A stretch of DNA of 64,000 nt, from positions 14,262 through 78,261 of the IMG/VR virus record IMGVR_UViG_2844540631_000002; one strand, given 5' to 3'. The position numbers and the translations under genes were made by a program. Positions 37,079-45,993 of the stretch are shown in pieces. Each line of letters begins with the position of its first letter. Within the stretch, counting starts at the first letter, position 1. Origin of the DNA: a virus. Taxonomy: Duplodnaviria > Caudoviricetes. The notes below the pieces were generated by a model. It was not told the origin of the DNA. It was given only the letters and a program-made list of their open reading frames with translations, and ran no database searches.

Positions 37079-37819
37079 ATGCCCGCCCTCTCTCGTTGCG
37101 TACCTCTTCGGCCGTTCGGTTCCGAGCCCAAGGAATGGCCGCAGCATTTGGACTTGCCACCTTGCGAGTACTGCGGGGGGCCGTGGCACACGCTCGCAAG
37201 GCGATGGGGCGAGCACCTGGGGAACCCCACGGAGCTGCGGGAAAACATCCTCGCGGGCCGCAAGGCGAAGGAGCACCCCTGGTACACGGGGCGCTGGTCC
37301 ATCGCCGCTCACCACCTTATCTGCTCCGAGGCCATGGCTGAGGATGCTCCGTGGGCGCCGCTCTGCCGGGACTTCGGGTATGACATCAACCGGCGAGAGA
37401 ATGGCGTCATGCTGCCGATGGTGATGGCCGTCGCCTGCGAACTCCACGTGCCGATTCACAAAGGCCCCCATGCAGGGGGCTGGGCCTTCGACATGAACCT
37501 CGCGTACCCAGATGCCGTGAAGCGGCTGCTGGCGGGCGTTATCGAGAAGGCCGTGAGTGGCAGTTTCTGCCCGAAGCCCGAGGGGCTTACGGCCAAGATG
37601 GACCGAATAAGCCGCACGATTCTGGGGAAGGTGGCCAGCGGGAAGTGGACCCTCACGACGGATGGGTTGGACTACCTTCCTGGAGGGCAGGGGTGCGCGG
37701 GCTCGACGTCTATTCAGGACAAGCCACGTCGGCCGTGTCCTGCCGGCCGGAGGCATCGGACAATGCACCCAGGCACTGGGACGGCACTCCAGCAGCGGGC
37801 GCTTCAGGTGGGAGAGTAG
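37079..37819 (+). CDS. AHH-family HNH nuclease toxin (start uncertain)
   Basis: IAAHHLI...GYDINRRENGVMLP...PIHKGPH. Confidence 0.85.
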   Translation: MPALSRCVPLRPFGSEPKEWPQHLDLPPCEYCGGPWHTLARRWGEHLGNPTELRENILAGRKAKEHPWYTGRWSIAAHHLICSEAMAEDAPWAPLCRDFGYDINRRENGVMLPMVMAVACELHVPIHKGPHAGGWAFDMNLAYPDAVKRLLAGVIEKAVSGSFCPKPEGLTAKMDRISRTILGKVASGKWTLTTDGLDYLPGGQGCAGSTSIQDKPRRPCPAGRRHRTMHPGTGTALQQRALQVGE

Positions 37820-37821
37820 CC

Positions 37822-38400
37822 ATGCAAGACGACTACTTCGTCCTCGAGCGCGCGCGTTCCCAGCAGCATCCCCTGCTGTCGTGGGACCAGGAGTGCCTTC
37901 CGTTTTTTCGGCCCAGTCCTGTGAAGGTTGCAGCGCCCGTCAAGCTGAAGCTGGGCGAGCCGGTCCCGCCCCGGCCCGTCATGGCTGACTTTCACAGCCT
38001 GCCGGCGCCTGTCGTCTCCACGCGGCTGAAGGATTCCTTCGAGGCGGCGGCTCTGCCAGGAGTCCAGCTCGTTCCCGCGGACGTGCAGGTGGGCGACTCC
38101 GTGTTGCGCTACTGGCTGGTCCACATGTGGCGACGGCTTCCCTGCATGGACAGAGAGCGCTCGCGCTTCGAGTTCGACGAGGACGGAGACCTCCTGCTGA
38201 GCCTCGACCGGCTGTTCCTCGACGAGGCGGTGCTCGGCAAGATGCCGCTCAAAGAGCGTCTGGCCTTCCGACTCGCGGAGTCCGTAGTCCACCTCTTCCA
38301 CCGCACGGTGGTGGACCGGGTACTCGCCCTGACGCCACCGCCGGAAGGGCTGCGCTTCATCCCCGTGGCGGAGTGGGGGGACTCGTCGGCGTTCCGCTGA
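37822..38400 (+). CDS. Imm11-like immunity protein
   Basis: PVMADF...PVVSTRLK...GVQLVPADV...YWLVH....CMDRERS; adjacent to AHH. Confidence 0.75.
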   Translation: MQDDYFVLERARSQQHPLLSWDQECLPFFRPSPVKVAAPVKLKLGEPVPPRPVMADFHSLPAPVVSTRLKDSFEAAALPGVQLVPADVQVGDSVLRYWLVHMWRRLPCMDRERSRFEFDEDGDLLLSLDRLFLDEAVLGKMPLKERLAFRLAESVVHLFHRTVVDRVLALTPPPEGLRFIPVAEWGDSSAFR

Positions 38401-38510
38401 CGTGGCCCTCCCGCGCGCAGCTCGCGACACCGAGTCCAGATAGAGTGGCGTTCCGCCGATTCTCTGGGCTCACCGGACGGCGTCCTCGCATCCCGTGACG
38501 ATGCGGCCTC

Positions 38511-38957
38511 ATGGAGCTTTCCCCCGAGGCCGCGGTCGTCATGTTCGCGGTCAGCAACATCGCCGGCCCGCTGCTTACCCAGTTGCTGTCCCGCCGGAGC
38601 ACGAAGGCGGAGGCGGCCGTTGAGCAGGTGCCCGTCCTGCAGCAGCGCCTGAATGCGCTCGAAGAGCAGGAGTCCGCCTCCAGCCAGGTGCCCCTCCTGG
38701 TGCAGCGCATGGAGACGGTGGTGGAGGGGGTCAACGAAATCAAGACGGAGCTGCGCGTGGTGCGGGAGCACGACTCGCTGCTTCGTCTCATGGAGCAGCG
38801 GGTGCGCGCGCTGGAGGTGTGGCGCGCGGAGGTCGTCCCCAAGCTCGACCGCTCCGTCAGTGAGACGCACCTGCTGATGGGCGAGCGCAACGCGCGCCAG
38901 CTCCAGCACTCGGCCAACCTCGTGGAGCCGCTGAAGGTGGCGAGGCCCACGCCGTGA
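38511..38957 (+). CDS. Membrane-anchored coiled-coil protein (holin-like, lysis module)
   Basis: N-terminal hydrophobic segment then coiled coil; upstream of endolysin. Confidence 0.45.
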   Translation: MELSPEAAVVMFAVSNIAGPLLTQLLSRRSTKAEAAVEQVPVLQQRLNALEEQESASSQVPLLVQRMETVVEGVNEIKTELRVVREHDSLLRLMEQRVRALEVWRAEVVPKLDRSVSETHLLMGERNARQLQHSANLVEPLKVARPTP

Positions 38958-39046
38958 GCCTTCGCCCTCCGCGCGCGCTCGCCGCGACCTTCGCGGTGGT
39001 GGCGCACCGCGCTTCCCTTTCACCCGAAGTACCCCAGGAGCACTGC

Positions 39047-39400
39047 ATGTCCCAGCCATACACTCCGCCTTCCGAGCTCGTTTCCGCCGCCGAACAGTCC
39101 GTGGCCAGCGCGAGCCCTGAGTCCCTGGCCCAGGCCGAACGCCTGTACGTCGCCTACGGCGGCGTGACGGGCGGCCGCTCCGCCGTGACGGGCGCGACGC
39201 TGCCCCAGTTCTCCGCCTGCTCCGTGCTGGTACGCGCGGGCTGGCTCGCCGCGGTGCATGCGGTCCTGGTCCAGGACCAGACGGCGTCGGAGCGTCCGCC
39301 CCAGCCGACTCCGGAGCACGTCTGGGACGCCTTCGCGCACCGCTGGTACCTCCCCGGGGCGAAGGGGCCGGCCATCGGCCGCTCCTCCGTCGGCGCGTAG
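39047..39400 (+). CDS. Hypothetical protein in lysis module
   Basis: AGGAG RBS; position. Confidence 0.5.
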   Translation: MSQPYTPPSELVSAAEQSVASASPESLAQAERLYVAYGGVTGGRSAVTGATLPQFSACSVLVRAGWLAAVHAVLVQDQTASERPPQPTPEHVWDAFAHRWYLPGAKGPAIGRSSVGA

Positions 39401-39439
39401 CCCTCGTCGCCCCTGGCGTCCTCTTTCCCTGGAGTTCCC

Positions 39440-39964
39440 ATGTCCCAACTCCCCGCTCGTCTCTCGCGTTGGCTCCCCACCGTGGAGCCCATCGCCGCGC
39501 TGTACCGCCTGGACCCGCTGCTGGTGCTCGCCATCATGGACAGAGAGTCCCTGGGTGGCGACGCGCTCACGCCCAAGGGACCCAGCGGCACTGGGGACCA
39601 CGGCCACGGGCGCGGCCTGATGCAGGTGGATGACAGGGCCCACAAGGGCTTCGTCGCGGCCGTGGACGACCTGGGCCGGCCGCTGTGGCAGGACCCGGCC
39701 GTCAACGTGCTGTACGGCTGCCGCCTCCTGCGTCGCAATCTGGACGCACTGGACGGCTACGTGGTCGGCGCTCTCGCGGCCTACAACGCGGGCCTGGGCC
39801 GGGTGCGCTCCGTGCTCGCACGCCTCCCGGCCGATGCCACAGATGCACACCGCCTGGTCATGGTGGACAGCGTCACTACCGGGCAGGACTACGCCAGAGA
39901 CGTCCTCTCGCGGCGCGAGCGCTTCGCTGGCTCCGCGCCCACGCCCGCTGCGTCTGGTGCCTGA
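39440..39964 (+). CDS. Endolysin, lytic transglycosylase (SLT) family
   Basis: AIMDRES catalytic Glu; GLMQV; ALAAYNAG. Confidence 0.9.
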   Translation: MSQLPARLSRWLPTVEPIAALYRLDPLLVLAIMDRESLGGDALTPKGPSGTGDHGHGRGLMQVDDRAHKGFVAAVDDLGRPLWQDPAVNVLYGCRLLRRNLDALDGYVVGALAAYNAGLGRVRSVLARLPADATDAHRLVMVDSVTTGQDYARDVLSRRERFAGSAPTPAASGA

Positions 39965-40031
39965 GCGTCAGCGCACTCGTTTCCGCTCGGCGTCTCGGCG
40001 CCGGGCTTCCCCCGCAGTCAGGAGTCCTCGT

Positions 40032-40601
40032 ATGAAACAGAAGCTGAAGCTGCTCGCCGTCGCCACGGTGGCGATGGTGCTTTCCGCGCCCACCGTGGTG
40101 CTGGCCGCCACCTCCAGCACAGGCGAGCCCACCGAGGTGTCCGCCTCCATCCTCTCCGCCATCGGCACTGCGCTGCTTGGGCTGCTCTCCAGCCCGGACG
40201 CGCTGGGCATCATCTTCTCCGGGCTGGTGCTCGGGGCCGGATGGCTCGCGCGGCGCGTCTGGAAGGACAAGGCCGAGGCTCGTCTCCGCGCCTTCGCCCA
40301 GTACGTCGAGTACGCCTACTTCGCCGTCGAGAGCTTCGCGTCGAAGACGGCCACCACCGTGGACGACAAGCTGGCCCTCGGGCTGAAGCTGCTCGGCGAG
40401 CAGATGGCGCGGCACGGGTACAAGCTCACCGCCCAGGAGTCCGAGGACGCCAAGCTGCGCTTCGAGGCGCTACACGGTGCCGGCAAGGCCGCGGCGAAGC
40501 AGGCCGTGCAGACGGCCGCGCAGCTTGCCGCCAAGGGCATCGCCACCGCGCTCCCGACGGTGCCGGGGCTGGCAACGCTCCCTCCGACGCCCCGCGCCTA
40601 G
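40032..40601 (+). CDS. Holin-like membrane protein
   Basis: Signal-like N-terminus, TM segments, then helical domain (AYFAVE...DDKLALGL). Confidence 0.55.
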   Translation: MKQKLKLLAVATVAMVLSAPTVVLAATSSTGEPTEVSASILSAIGTALLGLLSSPDALGIIFSGLVLGAGWLARRVWKDKAEARLRAFAQYVEYAYFAVESFASKTATTVDDKLALGLKLLGEQMARHGYKLTAQESEDAKLRFEALHGAGKAAAKQAVQTAAQLAAKGIATALPTVPGLATLPPTPRA

Positions 40602-40603
40602 CC

Positions 40604-40816
40604 GTGTCCGCGGGGCTGGACGGGGTGCTGTCTCGTGTCCCCGTTCGTACCGGCTATTTCGAGGCCCAGGCCGGAGTGTCCAGTCTCTCCGGCGCCTACG
40701 TGCGCGGCGAGCTGGGCTCGCGGCTGACACCGAGTCTGGGCCTGTTCGGCTTCGCCGAGGCCAACGCCCGCGAGCGGATGGCCGGCGCTGGCATCCGCTA
40801 CACCTTCGGTTGGTGA
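40604..40816 (+). CDS. Small all-beta protein ending in an OMP-like aromatic signature
   Basis: Alternating beta pattern; ends GIRYTFGW. Confidence 0.5.
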   Translation: MSAGLDGVLSRVPVRTGYFEAQAGVSSLSGAYVRGELGSRLTPSLGLFGFAEANARERMAGAGIRYTFGW

Positions 40817-40824
40817 GGTGAGGA

Positions 40825-40852
40825 GGCCCGCTCCAGTGCACCGGGGCGGGCC
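40825..40852. terminator. GC-rich hairpin between convergent genes
   Basis: GGCCCGCTCC/GGGGCGGGCC stem; weak U tract. Confidence 0.4.
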
Positions 40853-40859
40853 GTTGTCG

Positions 40860-41063
40860 CTATTCGCCAGCGTTTTCCAGGTTCTTCAGGCACTGCGCCA
40901 AGTCGCGCTTGCTCTTCTGGAGGCGGTCCTCGATTCGATTGGCTGCGCTCTTTGAGGTTATCGCTGCCAGAGATACAGGCTCGGCTTTCATGATCTCCAG
41001 CAACTGGGTGTCGGCGAGGATGTCCGCGCGTAACTGGCGGTACCGCTCGATGTTGGTTGTCAT
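40860..41063 (-). CDS. Small helical hypothetical protein
   Basis: ORF with lower-GC codons. Confidence 0.45.
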   Translation of the reverse strand: MTTNIERYRQLRADILADTQLLEIMKAEPVSLAAITSKSAANRIEDRLQKSKRDLAQCLKNLENAGE

Positions 41064-41231
41064 GGATTCCCCCATGGGCGTGAGTGCCCATGGAGAGGCT
41101 ACGCGCCCTGGCTGGTCCTGGCGAGCGCCTCAGTGGCGCGGCTCCACCTCGGCCAGACACACCTGGGTATAGGGCTAAGGTGGGGACGACGCGGCCACCC
41201 AGGACGCGGGCGAATCCCTGGAGACGCCCGT

Positions 41232-41543
41232 ATGACAGCCGTACCCTATTACATGATTTCCGTCGAGGACGGAGACGCTGACGCCTCGCTCCGGAAGGCA
41301 TTCCCTCAATGCGTATTCGGCGTGTCAGGCGTACGCGTCGAAAGGCTCGGAGAAAAATGGCAGCCCCTATGCCATGCGGACGGCTCTGACTGTGACAAGC
41401 GGTGGGCCCTTCCAGCCGCGCAGAACGACCACGTCTACGATTACGGTTCTACGCTGCCGACGTGCTCCGACGGGGAGACGTTGGAGTTTCATCTGCAGTC
41501 GCCTGGCGATCCCGTTCTGATGGTGGAACGCCCCGGTAAGTAG
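41232..41543 (+). CDS. Hypothetical protein
   Basis: GGAG RBS; ORF. Confidence 0.4.
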   Translation: MTAVPYYMISVEDGDADASLRKAFPQCVFGVSGVRVERLGEKWQPLCHADGSDCDKRWALPAAQNDHVYDYGSTLPTCSDGETLEFHLQSPGDPVLMVERPGK

Positions 41544-41812
41544 GCCCGGAGTCGCCGTTCTCGCTCCCTCGCTGCCACGGCAGGTGATCCGCGCCGTGGC
41601 AGTGAGGGCCGGCGCTGCCTCACTCGAAGGACGAGGCAGCGCCCGCGCAGTGCCTCGGCCGCGAGCGCATCGGCTGCCTGGTGCTCCGCTCGCGCCCGCG
41701 CGTACCGAATCCTCGCCGCCGGACTCCCGTCCAACCCCGCGACTGCCGCCTGAAGCTCTGCCTCCGCCGCCCCGAGGCGCTGCGCGAGCGCCACCCTCTG
41801 TTGCCTGTTCAT
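41489..41812 (-). CDS. Hypothetical protein
   Basis: Ala-rich helical ORF at end of leftward operon. Confidence 0.35.
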   Translation of the reverse strand: MNRQQRVALAQRLGAAEAELQAAVAGLDGSPAARIRYARARAEHQAADALAAEALRGRCLVLRVRQRRPSLPRRGSPAVAARERERRLRAYLPGRSTIRTGSPGDCR

Positions 41813-41852
41813 GCGCCGGGCGCAGAGCATGAGGCGTACCAGCGCACGGTGA

Positions 41853-42683
41853 CTACTGCGTGGGCGCCACCCACCGCCACGCCGAGTAGCCCGACACGTA
41901 AATCCACTTCGACAGCGCCAGGCCGGGCCCGTGCCGCTGGCGCTTGAGGTGGCCGCGCACCTGTCGCTCCTCTGCGACGCGGCTACCCGTAGGCGCGGGG
42001 GCAGGGAGAGTGGTGGTTCCGCCGCCGAGCGCGCCGTCCAGGTAGACGTTGCGCACCGGCAGCAGCCCCACGGCGTCGCGCTTGCGCGCCTCGTCCACGC
42101 GCAACGGCGAGCCCTCGGCCTCGCAGAGGAGGGCGTACACGACGGCAAACCGGGCAGCGTCGCGCGCCCACTGCTGGTGTTCGCCCACGTCGTCGATGAG
42201 CGGCGAGCGCTCCTGCCGAGTCCCCTCGGTCAGGTCCTCGCCCGTCCACTGAGGGCGCCACGGCGCGACGCTGGCAGCGCCCGCCGCAGTCAGGCCAATC
42301 AGGTACGTGGTGCCCTCAAGCTGGTACCCGCCGAGGGCAAAGGTGGAGCCGAAGAGGCGCTCGCCAGCGCTGGGCCGCCGCACCTCCAGCAGCCACGGCC
42401 GGCGGAGGAACTCGGGCGGGGAGTCTGGGAGGGAGTGCAAGTCCGTAGCCGCGACGTGCGCGGATGCGGCCGGCCGTACCTGATGAGCGACGAGTCCCAT
42501 ACCTCCCGCCAGCGCCAGCCCGGCCACGTTGACGAGGGGGGGCGCGCGAAGCGGCGCGCCCTCGTCCCACGTCGCCTGGGCCGTGAGTACTGCCCGCTGG
42601 CGAAAGGGCACCAGGCCCAACTCGGCGGGCGCAGACCGCAGCGAGGCCAGCGCCTCGGCCACCAATTCGGCAAGGCCAATCAC
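41853..42683 (-). CDS. Phage hypothetical protein with VRGH..RQ..GPG C-terminal motif
   Basis: VRGHLKRQRHGPGLALSKWIYV; coupled to upstream gene. Confidence 0.6.
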   Translation of the reverse strand: MIGLAELVAEALASLRSAPAELGLVPFRQRAVLTAQATWDEGAPLRAPPLVNVAGLALAGGMGLVAHQVRPAASAHVAATDLHSLPDSPPEFLRRPWLLEVRRPSAGERLFGSTFALGGYQLEGTTYLIGLTAAGAASVAPWRPQWTGEDLTEGTRQERSPLIDDVGEHQQWARDAARFAVVYALLCEAEGSPLRVDEARKRDAVGLLPVRNVYLDGALGGGTTTLPAPAPTGSRVAEERQVRGHLKRQRHGPGLALSKWIYVSGYSAWRWVAPTQ

Positions 42684-42925
42684 TCGTCATCCTCCTTGGG
42701 CGGCGTCCATCCTCGGGCCTTGGCCGCCTCCTCAAGTGCGAGGTTGACGGCACCGGAGTCGTTGGCCGGGTGCTTCTCCCGCGGGTGGCGGGCGAGGTGC
42801 TCGACGAGATGCGCGCGGGCGCTTTCGCCGGCGGGGGTGAGGCGGACGCCGAGGCGCTTCAACGGCACGTCGCCTCGGAGGCGGCGCGCCCTGGGTGGAG
42901 TTTTCGAGTTGTCGTGCCTGGGCAT
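42680..42925 (-). CDS. Small ribbon-helix-helix-like DNA-binding protein
   Basis: KRLGVRLTPAG...AVNLALEEAAK. Confidence 0.45.
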   Translation of the reverse strand: MPRHDNSKTPPRARRLRGDVPLKRLGVRLTPAGESARAHLVEHLARHPREKHPANDSGAVNLALEEAAKARGWTPPKEDDE

Positions 42926-42979
42926 GCTTCTCCTGCGGGCCCGGCCGCGACTGGCGGTCGGGCGGGGTGGTGAAACGGA

Positions 42980-43537
42980 TTAAAGGGCGGCGACGGCGCG
43001 GCGCTCTTCGACGCGGTTGGCCACCGGGTATGCGACGTTGGTCCACGCCGCGTTGCTACCCAACTCCCGGCAAGTCAGCGCCTGCACCACGGACGGCGCA
43101 CACGGCAACTTCTCTGCCCGCCACTGATCTGAGTACTCCGACACGCCAAACCACTCCGCGAACGATGCCTTGTCGTCCTCGTGGCGGCGCTGGCCCACCT
43201 CGTGGATCTCCCACCCGGAGGGAGGCTCGTAGGCGCGGGACCGCAGGAGCTGCTCGCGGTAGAGGGTCCAGTAGTCCTGGCTCCAGCCGAGGGCGCGAGG
43301 CCGCCCGTTGTGAAGCGTGTCGTACACCACCCAGCCGAACGTGGCCGGGGGCGGAGCGGGCTCCAGGGAGTAGTAGTACGTCCAGGCCACCTGGGCGCCA
43401 GGTGTGTGCCGCTGCTCCCACCCACAGAGGCTTCCTGCGAACAGCAGCCCCTGCTTCCAGAAGTAATCGCCCAGGGCAACCACCTGCTCGGGCTTCAGCT
43501 TCTCTCCGTACGTCTTCAGGCACAGCAGCGTGGTCAT
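42980..43537 (-). CDS. Aromatic-rich hypothetical protein
   Basis: W/Y-rich ORF with GGAG RBS. Confidence 0.55.
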   Translation of the reverse strand: MTTLLCLKTYGEKLKPEQVVALGDYFWKQGLLFAGSLCGWEQRHTPGAQVAWTYYYSLEPAPPPATFGWVVYDTLHNGRPRALGWSQDYWTLYREQLLRSRAYEPPSGWEIHEVGQRRHEDDKASFAEWFGVSEYSDQWRAEKLPCAPSVVQALTCRELGSNAAWTNVAYPVANRVEERRAVAAL

Positions 43538-43641
43538 AACAACTCCGTACCCGCGCGCAGCGGGCGAAGGGTGTGAGACGGCGCAGGTTGCGCCGGCATC
43601 GCCTTGCGGCATCGGGCCCGGGGCCCGCGAGGGGACGACGG

Positions 43642-44004
43642 CTACGTCGTGGCAGCGCGCTGGAGCGCCCGCCACAGGGCGTCCGGCATAGCGGGGTCCG
43701 CCACCTCAAGCGCCCGCTCAGCTTGGGCCACGGTGAGTTGCAGCGGCGCGCTCTCGCGGCCGTCGTCCCACCGCGTCACCTTGAGTCCGCCGCGGCAGGC
43801 ACGGCCCGTCAGTCCTTCGTGCGGCGGGTTGCCGCACTGCAACCGCTCCACCAGCCGCGCCCCAGGCAGGCACTCCGCGCAGTAGGGGCTGACGTGCAAC
43901 TTGGGGCCAGGGCCCCACGCCGCGTGGCCGAAGGCGTACCAGCCGGACACGGTGACGGGCTCCGCGCCCGCGGCAACAGGGGCCCCACACGTCGAGCAGT
44001 TCAT
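43642..44004 (-). CDS. Zinc-finger-like hypothetical protein
   Basis: CSTCG...YCAEC. Confidence 0.5.
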   Translation of the reverse strand: MNCSTCGAPVAAGAEPVTVSGWYAFGHAAWGPGPKLHVSPYCAECLPGARLVERLQCGNPPHEGLTGRACRGGLKVTRWDDGRESAPLQLTVAQAERALEVADPAMPDALWRALQRAATT

Positions 44005-44297
44005 CGCGCGCTCTCCAACCCGAGGGCGCTGCGGACGGCCGCGCCACTCGTGGCGCGCTCGTTCGAGAACCACGTCCGGCCGCCATCCGTGGACACCTCC
44101 AGCCAAGCGAAGGCGCCGAGGCTGTTGGTTTCCACCCGCCGCACCAGGGTGCCGGCGGCGAGCAGCCCCTTCTCCCGCGCCTGCCCCTGTACGACGGACG
44201 TCGATTCGACCTCCTCCGTCAGCGGGCGCGGCGGGTCCAACTCAACCGTCGTCGTCCTGTGGCCGAACTCGTCCTGCCCCTGCGTGGTCCTGTCCAT
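44001..44297 (-). CDS. Hypothetical protein
   Basis: GGAGG RBS; ATGA coupling. Confidence 0.55.
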   Translation of the reverse strand: MDRTTQGQDEFGHRTTTVELDPPRPLTEEVESTSVVQGQAREKGLLAAGTLVRRVETNSLGAFAWLEVSTDGGRTWFSNERATSGAAVRSALGLESAR

Positions 44298-44397
44298 GAC
44301 ACACCCTCCCGGCTGAGCCGGGGACTGCGAGGTAAGCGCCCGAGGGCATCACTGCTAGAGACGTCAGCCGCGGGAAAACCCATCGCGGCCGGGGCGT

Positions 44398-44646
44398 CTA
44401 AATGTCCCAGTCCGACCAGACGAACTCATCGAGCCCGAGCCCCAACCACCCCCACGTCCCCACCCGGGAGCGTCCGCCCGTCTCCTCTCGCCAGACCACC
44501 ACCTTGCCACCGTTGGCGAGACGGGGAATCCCGCTGGTGAGACCGAATGCCTCATCCTTCGCGGACTCCGCAGTCGTCGCCCCCAGTGGACGGACAGTTG
44601 GAGCCGAACCGTAAGCATCAATCACTTCGGCGTGGAACTTGACCAT
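44398..44646 (-). CDS. Hypothetical protein
   Basis: GGAG RBS; ORF. Confidence 0.5.
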   Translation of the reverse strand: MVKFHAEVIDAYGSAPTVRPLGATTAESAKDEAFGLTSGIPRLANGGKVVVWREETGGRSRVGTWGWLGLGLDEFVWSDWDI

Positions 44647-44697
44647 GGCGTACTCCGTATTGCGCTACTCGCGCCAACCGTTGAAGGGCAGGCCCGA

Positions 44698-45339
44698 TTA
44701 GAGCCCCAGCGGCTCGACGGTGCAGCGCAGGTGCTCGGGCGGCGCCTGCCGGGGGTTGAACACCTGCTGCACCTGCGAGCGGAGCGCAGCGCCCAAGGCG
44801 TCGCCACGCTGAGGGCGCCGGTCAATCCACCACTGGGCGGCCTGCGTCTCCGGCAGAGACAGCACCGTTTGAATCGCTCCGGCGAGTCCGAGGACGTCAG
44901 CTTCTGGCAGCGCGTGCCCGCGGGCCTTCTCCGCGAGGCTCTCCACCAGCCCGCGCACCTCGTTCGCCCGCACCTCCCGGCCCCACTGCACCTGGGCAGC
45001 GGAGCCGGTGAGGCAGTCCGCGCGCAGGCCCTGGACCGTCACGCGGTGGCCACCGCCAGCCGCGATGATGCGCCCGTCCCGCTCCAGTTCGTCCGCGCGC
45101 ACCTCGTTGTCGGCGCGCCGGTGGGGGTTGTACCCGCCGCCGGCATGGCCCTCGTTGTAGAGGGCGTCGTGCCGGGCTGCCGCGCGGGGCTGGCTGGCCT
45201 GAGAGGCAGCGGGCGTGGGGCACTCGGCGTGGTCCCACTTCCCCGTGGGGCCCTTCTTCACCTCGGTGCCGGCCGGGTACTTCGTCCGGCAGGCCGAGCA
45301 AAACCCTGGGTAGTTGGCTTCGACGATTCGCTCCGACAT
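44698..45339 (-). CDS. Phage hypothetical protein with CxxC and A.WWID.R motifs
   Basis: CSAC...HAEC; GSAAQVQWG; AAQWWIDRR. Confidence 0.6.
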   Translation of the reverse strand: MSERIVEANYPGFCSACRTKYPAGTEVKKGPTGKWDHAECPTPAASQASQPRAAARHDALYNEGHAGGGYNPHRRADNEVRADELERDGRIIAAGGGHRVTVQGLRADCLTGSAAQVQWGREVRANEVRGLVESLAEKARGHALPEADVLGLAGAIQTVLSLPETQAAQWWIDRRPQRGDALGAALRSQVQQVFNPRQAPPEHLRCTVEPLGL

Positions 45340-45386
45340 GACGCCCCCGCTGGCGACGCGACCGGTGTGCCGCTGTCGATGGTTGA

Positions 45387-45436
45387 GTTATAGCGACGTC
45401 GCTATATCTGGTCAATAGCGACGTCGCTAAATCTGG
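45387..45436 (-). promoter_or_regulatory. Sigma70-type promoter overlapped by two palindromic operators
   Basis: TTGACC (45415-10)-N17-TATAAC (45392-87); palindrome TAGCGACGTCGCTA at 45391-404 and 45416-29. Confidence 0.85.
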
Positions 45437-45546
45437 AGCGACCGCTCAACCCACCGTAACTACATGGATAGACCACGTCAGCGTCCGACCCTAGGCCGAG
45501 ACGGGCAGGCGGGGAATCCCTCTCCAGGGTGATGGCGGCGCGGCGC

Positions 45547-45993
45547 CTACTCGGACTCACCCGTCAGCCGGGCGACGGCGGCGCACCAGCTGGGCGTGGC
45601 CGCCCGGGACGCTGGCACGAGGCGCCCGTGGCGGCCGGGGGAGTAGGCGCGGGTGGTGCGGTCCCGAGAGTGCGCTCTGTCGTTGGCGCAGAGGAGGAGG
45701 GTGCCGCGGCGCTCGAGTTGGGCGCCGCAGCCTGGGCAGCGGTAGGCGGTAGGGCTCACGCCAGTAGGACGCGAGGCGCGCCGGTTGTTACCTCGCGGCG
45801 GCCAGTCCTCAGGCACCGGCCCACGCACGTCCACCGGGGCCGCCGGCGCGTCGAGCTCGGCCAGCGCCTCGTCCACCAGCAGGGCCACGCGCTGCACGCG
45901 CGCGGGCGGCACCCCGTCAGCCTGGGCCGCCTCGGCGAAGAGGGACACGGCGTCGGCTGGACGCAACGTCCTGGATGCGCGTGTTCCGATCAC
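45547..45993 (-). CDS. Hypothetical protein with CPGC motif
   Basis: ORF; YRCPGCG...C. Confidence 0.45.
   Translation of the reverse strand: MIGTRASRTLRPADAVSLFAEAAQADGVPPARVQRVALLVDEALAELDAPAAPVDVRGPVPEDWPPRGNNRRASRPTGVSPTAYRCPGCGAQLERRGTLLLCANDRAHSRDRTTRAYSPGRHGRLVPASRAATPSWCAAVARLTGESE

Noticed and set aside
34680-38400. Diversity-generating retroelement or invertible fibre cassette
   Set aside because: No reverse transcriptase, no TR/VR pair and no invertase seen
45389-45436. Repeated palindromes as a mini CRISPR array
   Set aside because: Only two units, no spacer-length unique sequence, no cas genes; fits promoter operators
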